Notes under the pieces: model-generated
The model's database searches: none
What the model was told of the DNA's origin: nothing
The model's input: the letters and a program-made list of their open reading frames with translations, nothing else
Position numbers and translations under genes: made by a program
Shown here: positions 17,428 to 29,955 of the stretch, piece after piece
How the letters are laid out: the number at the start of each line of letters is the position of its first letter
Position numbering within the stretch: position 1 is the stretch's first letter
From: Trichoplax sp. H2
Lineage: Eukaryota
Reading direction: 5' to 3'
DNA: 60,740 bases
NCBI GenBank assembly: GCA_003344405.1
Contig: NOWV01000152.1
Span: forward strand, 124,001 to 184,740

Positions 17428-18600
17428 GCACAGTACAGTACAGTACAATAATGATATGGAGTGGTGCCATGTCAGCGATGTCCAATCATCATGCTGCAAA
17501 GGCATCATATGATAATCATGAAATGAATAACAGTTTACAGAAATACAGTGTACAGTGAGTATTCAGTACAGTACTGAGTACTGGATGTGCACGTTGCAAA
17601 ATACTGTACTGTAAGGTCACGTTCTTACGGTGACCCAGAGGGACACGTAATACGCGTTCCACAGTGTACAGTACAGTAATGCAGTACACAGTTTGACCAA
17701 CTGTACTGTACTGTACAGCACAGTACAGTACAGTACAGTACACACATACTGTACAGTACAGTGTACAGTAGTTGGGTCAAACTTTGTACCGTACTGTAAA
17801 ACCCTTCATGTCCCTTCTGGGCCACCGTACGTTTTACTGTACTGTACTGCGTGACACCGGGATTCTAGCTTTTCATAATCTACAGTACAGTACAGTACGG
17901 TACCGTACAGTACAGTACAGTAGAGTGCACTGTACTGTACACTACTGTACACTGTACTGTAAAAGAAGGGAGGGAGCGGGAAGTGGCCGTTCAGCACAAA
18001 TACGGTAGTTATACTCAGGTCATGACGCTACCACTGAAGCTGTACGAAGCCGACAAACCAACTAAGTTGGATGCCAATGGTATACAGTATAGTGTACCGT
18101 TTCAGACATATGGTTCGCTTGATGTGACCAGCAAAATGGTCGATCCCTGATGATAGCATAATGAGCAAGGACTGAACGACCGTTTTCTGCCCCTCTCACT
18201 CTTTTAATAGTTCCTGGACTAGTAATACACGTTCATACATTAACTGCTAGTGAGTAATTAGGGCATAACTTGGCATCATCTCACTGCATTACAGTAATCA
18301 TCAATTCATCATGACAAATAGCAGTAGTGTAGAGCTGCATTATGTCTACCGTGTAGTTCATGACTGTCCAGTGTCCAATGCTGCCCCAGACAGAATCATG
18401 GACTTCTATTAGTCCCTGAACGGAATCCATGGATGTCATACTGTACTGTACTGTACAGTATGTAGATATTTGTACAGTACCGTATACTGTACAGTATGGT
18501 ACATACTGTATTAGTGACATTATTTTTGCAAGCGACTAATTACAGTAGATATCTACTACTACAGTACAGTACAGTATAGTCTTTAGTGTACTGTATATAG
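17428..18600. repeat. (CAGTA)n/(TACTG)n arrays and a ~240-bp imperfect foldback in the divergent PTDSS1-RPL11 promoter region
   Basis: Dense pentamer runs at 17428-17447, 17540-17960 and 18440-18595. Inverted arms TACGGTGACCCAGAGGGACACG (17626-17647) and CATGTCCCTTCTGGGCCACCGTA (17807-17829). Confidence 0.8.
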
Positions 18601-18797
18601 CTCATCGAGCTTTACTTTTCCACTTTTACTGGTATACAAACACTTGATAATAATAGAGTAACTTACTAGCAAAAATGATGTCATCGGTAAAGTCTACAGT
18701 ACCAAGTCGACATTACGACTGTTGCACATGGTACAGTACAATGTACTTGCGGTAGGACGGCATCGCACCTGCGTAGTTAATAGGTCGAACGAGCCAA

Positions 18798-18813
18798 CCT
18801 CATTCTTTTCTCT
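18798..18813 (+). promoter_or_regulatory. TCT/5'TOP-like pyrimidine tract of RPL11
   Basis: CCTCATTCTTTTCTCT about 10 nt before ATG 18823, typical of ribosomal-protein transcription starts. Confidence 0.6.
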
Positions 18814-18822
18814 GCTATCAAA

Positions 18823-21026
18823 ATGGCTGACAACTGCGAGTGTAAGTCAAACACTATCGGTACTAATCCTCCCCATTTTTTATACATTTGTTAACTATTT
18901 TTGTTCAGACATTTTAATGATATCAAAGTTAATCATTATCGCTAGTTATTTTTGAGTTTATTCATTAATACCAAGTGAAATGATCATTTTCCACACACGC
19001 TGCTATATTTCGCATTGGTCGACGGACATACTGTACTGTATATGCTAAGATAGCAGTCATCGTGCTGAGCCAGGTCAGGGATTTCTCTTCGAAATCCTTG
19101 CTTAGGTTTGCCATTGCAAAATTTTTACCGTAAGGAATTCAGAAATGGAGATTTTAGTTGTTCTAACCGTCTCATATACTACTTATCAGTGCCTGTAATA
19201 GACTGCAAAGTTTTCGAAATTAGCCGATGTGGTAAATGGTAGTTTAGATTGCCTTAAACCGAAGTCTCTGTCGCCGTGGTTCACGGTAAAGCGATTTTAC
19301 TCGATCAGTCTGAACGGCATAATTATAATCTTTCTTTGTCAATCCGTCGAGGTGAATAGTTTGTATTGCAGTCATCTGCATGAAACAAAACTATCCTGGC
19401 CAAGCAATAAGAAGAGGACAGTACTACATTGTTTTGTCCTATCTTATTCCTTGACTACTTCCATATTTATGGAATATGGATGATTCTGCTAAGTTCAACG
19501 CAGTTGCTTTACTAGAGTATATTTAATCCATCGGCTTTGCTTAGTCAAATGCATTTCAGTGCTACAAATTATATATAATATGAATCGCCTGGTAGATCAT
19601 ATCGTATGTAATAAAAGTTTGGTTATATACCGTGTATGCTTTGCGATACATATAGCGATATGGATGAGTATATTCCTTTGATGTTAGTATGCAGTGTTTA
19701 ATATGTTGGGCAGTTGAGATAAATTTCACTAATTTGTGTTGCATAGTCTCAATGAAAAACTACGTCACCTGTGAGTCTGATCAATGGCGATGAAACTGGA
19801 GTTATTGATGCACGATAGGAATTCACCATGTATAAAAGGTTACTTTAAAAGACAAATTACGTGGTGTTGTTTCACTACATTTTGTGTGTAATAGCATTCA
19901 GAGCATCTTCGGGGCTACCTCTACGCTAGAAGACATTAAAACGTCACTCTTATTCTAGCTATTTTCACATTTATTGTGTGACCATGTTGCATTTTTAATA
20001 CAAGCATTTATACTGTACTGTCGTTAATCCAAAAATGCAAGATATTGCAGTATACTGTATTATATAAAGCCTTTCCTTTGCTGACAGCATTACACTATGT
20101 CGTGATTTGACGCAATACTGTATAATGATCAATCATTGATAAAAATCTTATTTATACTACTTAAATTTACAGAAGAAGACGAATAATCCTATGCGACAAC
20201 TTCGCATAGTTAAACTTTGCCTCAATATCTGTGTTGGTGAAAGTGGTGATCGTTTGACGAGGGCTGCGAAAGTTTTGGAACAACTGACTGGACAGACCCC
20301 GGTATTCTCGAAAGGTATGTTTCTATTTTCAATTGGAATTGTGGTACCAGTATACGCATTATACAAATATCGCTTTCATTAGTTACTTTAGAATGGCGAA
20401 GTAATCCACTGTAATTCTAATACAAATTAGGTGTAGTTTTATGTCATTCTATTGATTAATGACGATTGTTATTAAAGCACCATCTTGTTCATTGCTGTTG
20501 ATCAATCAAGAAAAAGAAGTGATGAAAGTCTATTTCTTTCTAACGTTACTTTGTATTTAGCTCGATATACCGTCCGTTCTTTTGGTATCCGTCGTAATGA
20601 AAAGATTGCAGTTCATTGTACAGTTCGTGGTGCTAAAGCTGAAGAAATCCTTGAGCGTGGTTTAAAAGTACGCGAATATGAGCTACGAAGAGATTGCTTT
20701 TCTGCAACTGGCAATTTTGGGTTTGGTATCCAAGAACACATCGATCTTGGAATCAAGTATGATCCGAACATTGGAATCTACGGTATGGACTTTTTCGTAG
20801 TTTTGGGCCGTCCAGGGTTTAACATTAGCCAACGCAAACGAAGAGCTTCGCGTATTGGAACTTCTCATCTTGTGACTAAAGATGAAAGTATAAGATGGTT
20901 CCAACAGAAGGTACAATATCTTGTGATTACAGCCTTCTTTACGTTATCTTGTTAATGTCTAATATAACTTGCTTTACATTTCTATTCTAGTATGATGGTG
21001 TTATTCTGCCTGGGAAGAAGCGTTAA
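18823..21026 (+). CDS. RPL11: 60S ribosomal protein L11 (uL5)
   Basis: Exons 18823-18841 (frame anomaly, see findings), 20173-20314, 20561-20910 and 20991-21026. Protein: [67 protein letters not shown]...[17 protein letters not shown]...[11 protein letters not shown]. Confidence 0.95.
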
Positions 21027-23499
21027 TAGCGGTGGAAAGATTGTCAGTTTTAGCTCATAGAATCTTTACTGTAATAAAAAGTTTAATAAAACGATGAGTC
21101 TTTAAAGGAGTTGTAATTGCTTTGATGTTGAGCATTAGTTAGTGTCGCTGCAGATATCATTGATGTGCGCGTACGTAGTTTATTGATAAATTTGACGTAC
21201 TAACTTACTGTATTCATTGGAAATGTAGCCTGCTACAACTCTGTATCGAAAATTTTCTCTACTGCAAAGAGTGTCGACGGTGCTCCTTCCTAGATGCAGA
21301 TTGATAGTGCGCAGACATGCTTTCAAAGTAATTCGATAACGACGCTTTGTCGATAAATTTAACTTTAATTCCCATTAATTAAATATATCGTCACGAGAAA
21401 TGGAGAATAGTTACAGTATCTTTTGAAGGCTACGTTTATTTTAGAGGAGCTAACTGATTACGTCGCTATATACTTTACTGTGATCGAGTAAATTTGCTTC
21501 GGCAACGAGGGAGAATTTGAGTAATAGATGTAATACAAGGCATTATCAACATCATTGAGCATTAATATGCCGTAAGAATAGGCATAGCGCTTGAAAGTAA
21601 TGTTTACATGAACTGACGTAATGCAGTGTGGTAGAAATTATTTGCAAGGCTATCATCTCATGTTTTGAATTGCTTAGTACAGCATTGAAACAAGTGTGAA
21701 GCACTTTTTTCAACAGTGTTGGAGACAATCCCTATTCGCCAAGTTGAACTCTCTAATTCTTGATTCCCTAGCTCATAGCTGTGACTTACAATTATCTAAT
21801 TCAGTCGATAATTTCATTCAGCTAAATTGTAGTGACAAAGTTGGCCCATATCAACAAGTTTCAACAATCGTGGCTGTTGCCAAGTGCCGATAAAGGGCCT
21901 AACTTTAATAACTATATAATTAATTAATGTTTCACATACAGTACCGTTCTGTACAGTGTACGGTACGCAAAAGTTGTCAGTCTAATAAACGTATAAGAAT
22001 TTTCTCTTATATTTAGACGTCTTTGACTGTTGTAGTCTTCAGTATGAATCATATTACTTATATACTGTTTAATTAATGGATGTAAATCTGGTAATATGTC
22101 CTTTAGTCTCAATTAATAAAGTCATTACATAGAGTGTAGCAAGCGATACACTTTTATTGAGAGACTGGATAAGAGAGAAGAGAAGAAAAGGAAGAATGAT
22201 CTCGCGTTCGAAGTACTATAGTATCAAATATGCGTATACTAAGAAGTCCCAATTTCTGATTGGCCAGTTGATGATACAAGTCAATAGTACGCATATATTA
22301 TAGGTATGTGGCAAATCCCATAGAGATATTTATTTTTTTTGTATTTTTATGCTAAATCAAGGAAACAAATTCTCGACCTCGGTTTGCGTATTAATTGTAC
22401 AATATCAAATTGAGCTTGCAGTCGATCACTTCTAACGAAGAGTCGTATATAGGAGTTTATCCGCTATAAGCTCTAAAAAAATAAATTTTATATAGATGAT
22501 GGACTCCAATAAATACAAGTACACGGATAGCAATGATCATACTATCCAATTTAGTGCAATATTCAATTTACTGGCTTTACTAGTACTTTTTCTATCATAA
22601 TAATTATAATAAGCTATAATTTACCTAAATTGAATAATGTATGGTTGAACTCAGTACGGATGTAAATAATTAAGGTATAACCTTCTATAACAATATTTGG
22701 GTATACTAGTAATACAGTAGTCTATGATGTGAAAATATGTACTGCATTTAATTAATAAATTAAATCGTCAGTTTTTTTTTATCGTTTCTATAGCCTCGAT
22801 TAATTAGCTTCGATTGCTTTATTCCATACAGTGTGTGTGAAATAAACTATCATCCTTTCCGTAAAAGCATTGAGAATGGCAGTTTATTTTGTAGGCAGTC
22901 CGGTAATTAGCCGTGGCAGACTGACAGTAGTAGGATCTTGAACAATATACAGTATAATAACGACGATGTAAAGTATTTAGAATATGCAGTAGATTGCACA
23001 GTCCAGTAGTTTAGCGTGTAATAACATGTCTTTCTACTTATAGACTGAGACGAGAGAGAACTATTTCAGAGAGGAGAATTATATTACTCTAAATCCGTCA
23101 GGTACAAGGTAAAGAAAGAGAGATATAATGCTACACAGAGAAAAGATTCTGAACCCAATACCCTAACAGCACATACATACATCATATATATGATGTATGT
23201 ATGTATATATAATAGATTGTGTGCTAGTGCGGTTCTAGCTGTATTACGTTATTGTTACCGTTCTGTACGCGTTATCATCATGATTTATATTAGTGTACCT
23301 GATTAGTAGATAAGTAGGCAATAACATTACATAGCGGATATTGAAAATGAGCAATAACATTAATCACTATATTACTAGTAATATTCGTGAAATAACTACG
23401 TTTATATGAAGTTGCGCTCGTAATATCCTTCTTAAAATGGATACAGCCAAATGAAATATCGGATCAGTGGACTTCGGCACTTGATACAGATGAAAACTT

Positions 23500-23712
23500 A
23501 ATCTGAATTTTACTCTATCTACCCTAATTAAGTAAATTTATGCTATGCTGAGATTTGATATAGGCAATCCTAATTGCACACTATGAACGCGTATCAAGAA
23601 ATCCGAAACCCGAAATCTGAATTGTACTCTGTAATTTGATAAATCTCATAACGATGCTGGAATTTGATCTAAGCAATCCCAGTAGCATATTATAAACGCA
23701 TATCAAGAAATC
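23500..23712 (+). repeat. Diverged ~110-bp tandem duplication
   Basis: AATCTGAATT.TACTCT...ATGCTG..ATTTGAT.TA.GCAATCC...AACGC.TATCAAGAAATC occurs at ~23500-23603 and ~23614-23712. Confidence 0.75.
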
Positions 23713-25316
23713 ACGACTAAATTATTGATATTATGTATTAATTAAGAAGTATAGGTGAGATATTAAAAAGTGTGCGAGTTTTAAAAATCAATCTGCAAGG
23801 CTGAAATCTCGAATCTTATTAATTTATTTCATTTAATTATTTAATTTTACAATACGCATACGTATATACAGTATGTAAAGTTTCAGTTTCCTACTCATAC
23901 AGCGGCATTAGGTGCACTTATTTTAAATTAACAAAGGTTTTCTAAAACTATAGATCAGACTTGCTTGTATTTTCTTACAAGGTGACGACCATGATTCCAA
24001 TAAGAGATTCATGACAGTGTTGCTTAAATTAATTTTTTCGTGTTGTTGTTATTTAGCCTGAATAATATTATTTTTGTGTGGTCCTTCTATAAATGTATGT
24101 CAATGGCAATATCTGTAGCATTGCATAATATTAGCACAGCTTGTGAATCTATTAAATACTAAGAAATTGTAATGATTGCATGAATAATCGTACATTAGCC
24201 ATTATAGGGAAAGGAACCCTGTTGTGTCTCTAAGCCAGTGGTCTTCTTTTACGTACGGCTTAACATTGTACTATAATGGTAATTGAGTAGTTAAGTAGCG
24301 GATCTAAAATAAATACTGTACGTTAGTGCTGGTTATACGCTTCCTTTATAATATTTCAACATTAGATGAAGAGGCAGCGCATAATTAAATCATCGTGTGA
24401 TATTTTATTGTTTCGCGAACGTGATTAGTTCTTAGGATTCAAGCTGTGGTCCATTAGTGCACTAACCACACAGTACGATGACTAATAATTGTTTTACGCT
24501 ATACATACGTTTGGTCTTTTGGGATTGCTCTATTCACTAGCTTTTCGCAAAAATAATTTAAGAAGGCGTATTAGCCTACCGTTCGAATTAGATATTTATC
24601 TTCTAGTCACGAAAACTTTACAGTGAAAGATGTGGTCTTTTGACAGCTAATGTTTAATAATGTCGCATAATCTTGTAAGCTAAACTAAACCAACTGCATT
24701 TATATATGTCTTTTTCAAAGTTGATGGCCAAAATTTTGTTTACTAGGATTGGCGATCATCAATGTTGAGAAAGTTTTATGGATGATAAATTAGCGGGGTG
24801 CAGTTTGACTTAATTTACAAACTCGGTACAGTCTCTGACGCTGGTTATAAGTAAATCAGCTCAGTTAGTTTTTCAACACAACGCGCTGTAAGTTGATATT
24901 AAATTACAGTATGCAGCATAATAACTCATTCATGATATAATAGTAAGCGAAATAAATAACCGTATGAATTAACTTAACAGTGGTAAGTCTTATCCATTGG
25001 AGAAACTGATAATCTTATTACTTTCTACTAAAATATACGGATTAAGCATCAATTGTGTTTTTCGTCACTAACCAAACAATTATCTAATGGGAGCTATGGA
25101 AAACTCAAGGGAGAATAGCGACTACGTCCCAAAGGGATTAACGGACGACTACAATTATGTTTATTCCAGAAGTAAAACAACGTTGTTTGGTCCCTGAAGG
25201 ACTTATAGAACCTTGCAAAAGGCCATTAGCACATCATATTAGATAGGAAGTGTAAGTGTTCGAAATCAGGTCAATTTTTTGATTGAAGGTTCAATTTTTG
25301 GTAGGAATTAAAAAAG

Positions 25317-26294
25317 ATGGTTAAGTTCAGCCTGTGTTTTCAACTACTTTTTATCTTTGGTATCTTTAGCGCAAGTAAGCTTGTACCTGCTTGATTTTAT
25401 TCATGAGTGCAGATTGAACTCTACTTGAGTATTAACGTATTTATTTCAGAATAAATATGATATTTTTTTATCTATTTTAAAGGCCACTGCTTGTCCAAAT
25501 TTGAACATCAATGTCTGGCAGCACACAACGCTTTAAGGCATAAACATGGCGCAGCACCGTTGGTATGGAACGATAATGCTAGAAATAAGGCCCAGGTTAC
25601 CGCTGATGCAATACTCCAAGATGGACGATTTGAATATCCCGTTCGTGAAAGCCTTCAACAGAATATTTTAATGGCTAGCTCTAGTTATGCTAAGGGGATT
25701 ACCGCACAAGCAGTAACGAAAGAGTGGTATAGTGAAATTCGCTTTTATAATTTTACAAAGGGTGGATATCAACATAAAGCTAGACATTTCACTCGTGTAA
25801 TTTGGAATGGTTCCAAAGAACTTGGCTGCGCAAGAGCCTCATCTAGCAATACTGTAGTGATAGTAGCTGATTACTTTCCCAAAGGTAATGTTAAGGGCGA
25901 ATTTAAAGCCAACGTTTTCCCAGTTAAAAATTCCTTCCGTTACATTGATGAAGCCGAAATGGCTCATGAGGAGGATGATATAGCCAAAACAGCGCCAGAA
26001 CAAATTCCAGATAGCAGTTCTTGCAGAGGAGCAGTGGACAAAAATGGCATGTGTCGCGAAGGACTTCTAGAACGTGAGGATGATTTTACTTCTCCAACGA
26101 ATATTGTCGTTTCTAAAGCCAATAACCAGGAACAAAAACATTCTAAAAAGGTTACTGACTCTAGAAAGGAGTCTAAAAAGGAGTCTAAAGAAAGTAAAAC
26201 AGAATCAGACGCTTTGCCTTTGGATGCAGAAAGGATACTCGATGAAATCGAAAGCCGATTCGAAGCCGAAGAATTTCGTCCTGTGAAAGCGTAA
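25317..26294 (+). CDS. Secreted CAP/SCP (GAPR-1/PR-1-like) domain protein with charged low-complexity C-terminal tail; 2 coding exons
   Basis: Exon 25317-25374 encodes signal peptide MVKFSLCFQLLFIFGIFSA and is spliced in phase 1 to 25483-26294. Motifs: LAAHNALRHKHGAAPLVW, EWYSEIRFYNF, HFTRVIWNGSKELGCA, VVIVADYFPKGNV. Confidence 0.85.
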
Positions 26295-29125
26295 TAACTA
26301 GAAAACTAAGTGCATAAAGTTTCCCTCGGGCCTGAAAATGTGATCAGCTTACTAATGATTTTATTTTTGTAAGAAATTAATCGGCTTATATATAGTCTGT
26401 TGTAATATCGTTAGCAACGCCGTATTTCAAATAACGTAATGAAACTGTTTTACACTTACGTCTAATCATTTCATACTAAAAAAATTAACTTGAATATTGG
26501 TTCAATATATTCATTAAATTTTTGCAATGTAATTGAAATGTCGGTGTAACTACTAATTTCTTTATTAATTTAAATTAATGAAGTACCTTAATCACTGGGT
26601 TTGATACTTAAAATTAGTTTAGGACAGTTTTCTAGTAAGTAGTTAAATTAGATGTATTCGTTTTTATAGATAGATTTTATCGCTAGATATCTCCGGATTT
26701 TGTCGCAATAAATTTGTTGCCATAAATGTTAAAAATCTTAAATACTTTTGAATCAAGGGTAAACACAATAACGAAAATGTGGCAGATCACTGAGATCAGT
26801 AACATTGCAGGCATTAGGAAGGCTAAACAGATGAAAGTTTGACGATTGCAGATAAACTTATTCATTTAGGTTATTTGGATTATACAATCTCTCGTGCAAT
26901 GTAAAATATTATTGCTGTTCAGTCGTACCTGCTGATGTAAAAGGAGTTTACTATATTAAAATTAAAATTCATCATGGTTTTCTTGCGTTAAAGCTTAGAC
27001 ACCGAGAATGAATAATTTAGGGTTTAGAACGCTCTATAGTAACGATTTCCTTCGCGTAGTAATCCCCCTATATGCTCTTACCAACACACGAAAAAGTTTC
27101 AAGAATTTAATTCTTTACTTTTCTTTATCACTGCTTATTTCTAAAGCTGCCTCCGTCAATTGCGCCTTATCCTATAGTATATTTCTCAAATTCATTGCTT
27201 GCCTAAAGTTATTATGTGATTAGTGATATTCAACCAATCATTAACAAGTACAACGTCTCTTTAATATTTATGTAATCACAGCCAGGTCTAAACCACACTA
27301 ATAAAACGTTCTAGTACTAATACTACTAAGTTGGATGGCAAAATTTCGAGCTATTTAAATCATTTACGAAGTGATTATGGTGATAAAATGTATTCGCAGT
27401 ATCAGCCATTTCTCAGCAAGGAAAGATTTAGTACCCAGTGCAAAATTGTTAAACCTTTCGGCAACCTGGGTACTTTTTGCGTTATATCCATGAAATATTA
27501 CTATATATATAGCAAGAGGACATAAAGAGCAGAAGACTTTTTCCGGGCTTCAGAAAACTAGTCTATTTTGTTACAAAAACGTAGATAGGTAAACCTATGA
27601 TCATAATGCAGCATTCTTAAAGATTTTGATCGACAGAAAAATTTCCTTTCGCTATGACTGTATTTATTGTAAGTAAAGTGGTTATCTTTTGCATGCCTAT
27701 ATTTTTAATTGTAGATTCGGATGAAAGAACAAAAATACCTCTTGCTATACTTTTCAATTTTGTATAAGAGTACTTCGTATTTTGAAAACTCTTCATTCGG
27801 TCTTTCTTACTTGATTGATACGGTTTAAATTTAGCTCTTAGATATTCTGCCTTGTTTCGTACTACTGCCCTGCCGAATAGTTATAAACGACTATATACGT
27901 CACTGCCTAGCGAAATGCAGACTTTTCTCTGAAAATTGCGGTTAGCAGTTATTAGGAGGATAAAAGTACTGTAGTTGCAGATCTACTAGTTAGTAAATAA
28001 TTTTAAGCTTCACTACTATTCTTCTCCTCTATGGTAGATTAATTAATTACTGCCAGTTCTGAAATGCTCAATCTTAGTTCGTAATAATCAATTTATCTGC
28101 AAATTCGCTCTACTTTGACCCTTCCATCGCTAGTACTACGGTTAAATTCCTCATTTTTGTATAATATAATTAATTATACGTAATCAGATGATTTCTTTCT
28201 CAGTAAAACAAAAGCCATGGGTTTAAAGTTCTGCTATTCGAGATATAATAACTGCTGCTTAAATTATGGATGTTTTGTATAGTCGTTCGCGTACAGTATA
28301 TGCAAAAGACATACATATACCGCACATCTACTCGTATTACATTTTACAAACAATGTTATATAAGGTTTTTATTGGAAGCAAAACATCATACTACCCTCAT
28401 TGGCTATGACTATCTTGACGACACTGGCGTACGAATCTATAATTTGATATAATTTTAATATACGAGTACTGTACATTTCATTGATTATTTAGATCGATGG
28501 TTATATAAATTATTTTGTTTATCAAAATACTTCTACGATCCAAACGAAAGCAGACAGGGTATGAATCTCCTCAATCTACAGTAGATAGAGGCTATTAATA
28601 AACTTGCAAATGGCACCAAAATATAAGCGCAAAGCTTGTAGCCTTTCCGAACAATTTCTTTTCAGAATAATCTGCGAATCAAATGTGTTATTGAATTAGT
28701 TGTTAGCAACTACGTCTAAGTAGCCAGCCGAAATTGGGCTTATATTACATCAAGTTATGTCATAGGAAGGGAAAACTTGCAGATGTAACTATTGAATTCT
28801 AAATATTCTTTTTTTCCATCCTCTAATCATCCCATCCTCACAGAAATTTTTATATTTTTACTGAAGACTATGCGTCATTTGAGCTGTCATAAATTTATTT
28901 CTAAAGTTTAGTATTAGACGAAGTACTGATAAAACTAAAAATTTGTTACAGATTATGGTCAAGGGTGCGAGCATAGCTTGTCTTACATTCACGAATAGTA
29001 CTGGATTCGATAAACTATTCGCTCTTAATAAATACGCTGTAAGGAGGGGAGAAACGGCAAGAATTCATTATACGCTGGGGATTTGCTTCATTACAATTTA
29101 CTGTACTTACGTCATATATGATCTC

Positions 29126-29169
29126 TGGGGGGGGGGGGGNNNNNNNNNNNNNNNNNNNNGGGGGGGGGG
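29126..29169. other. Assembly gap (N20) flanked by poly-G
   Basis: N run 29140-29159 within G homopolymers. Confidence 0.95.
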
Positions 29170-29955
29170 TTCGTCTTCATCTACAGTAACTTTAACATTT
29201 GCGATGCAGTTTAACGCTGATCGTACTGCAGCTGTTTCTTTTTAGATACTGGACGCTTTATTCATCAGTCATGAACGGTCCTATCCATGTCTTATTCATT
29301 ATTAACGGGTGTTCTACTTCTCAATTAACCATCAACGTAACTTGCTGATGGATTAGTCGTTGTATTATTACAGTCACTACTATACGTATATCAACTGTAC
29401 ATTAACTATGATGTAATTGGTTCGACCTAAAGTGTATAATTATACATGTAATACAAATTTTGACAGTGTAATCAAAGTTCCTTTAGTATAAATAGTGAAC
29501 ACTGTGGAGTCGAAAGTGTTTTGTTATTAATTTTATCGAAAACTATTGATCACCGATTTGCGACAGGAATACACTATTTAATCGCAGTTCTTACAGTGCA
29601 ACTCTTGCTGGTTTTATTTTACAGCTTGTCAAGTCTATGCTACATTATCTAGCATTTATAGTCTACAACAAGAAGCTGTAGGACTCAAATTCCCTAACAA
29701 CGATTTTAACTATTTGCATGGTAGTTACCTGGCTGCACAATGAGAACTAAAAGTAAAAATTAGAATGCTCAACTACTTCAGCTTAATTACCTCAGTCTAT
29801 GCATTCATACCACTGCTGTAGCTTTCACAAATGTGAGATATTCGTATTACACATTAAAAGTAACATAGTCAAGATTGATTTTACATCAACGAACTCACAA
29901 TTTTATTTTTCTACGTATATAATTCTGTTTTTACAAAAAGTCGTACAGTTGTAGA

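Noticed and set aside
19222-19318. Box C/D snoRNA or U12 snRNA (TGCCTTAAAC; CTGA before a terminal stem)
   Set aside because: No acceptable C box, and the U12 similarity is only ~10 nt with no Sm site or continuation.
19060-19920. RNase MRP-like fragments (CGTGCTGA; CGGGGCT)
   Set aside because: The essential GAAAGTCCCC partner of the P4 helix is absent and the spacing is too long.
20062-20105. Alternative RPL11 start (TATATAAAG-CCTTTCCTTT...ATG)
   Set aside because: ATG TCG TGA closes immediately and there is no phase-0 donor. The TATA-to-pyrimidine spacing is also too short.
26400-29100. Hidden gene in the CAP-RPL19 interval
   Set aside because: Scattered splice-like motifs and short ORFs, but no coherent reading frame or recognisable domain.
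29170-29245. Second GPCR-tail remnant (TCATCTACAGTAACT shared with 35271-35285)
   Set aside because: Only a ~15-nt match plus a 10-mer, next to a gap, with an upstream stop. It cannot be distinguished from chance.
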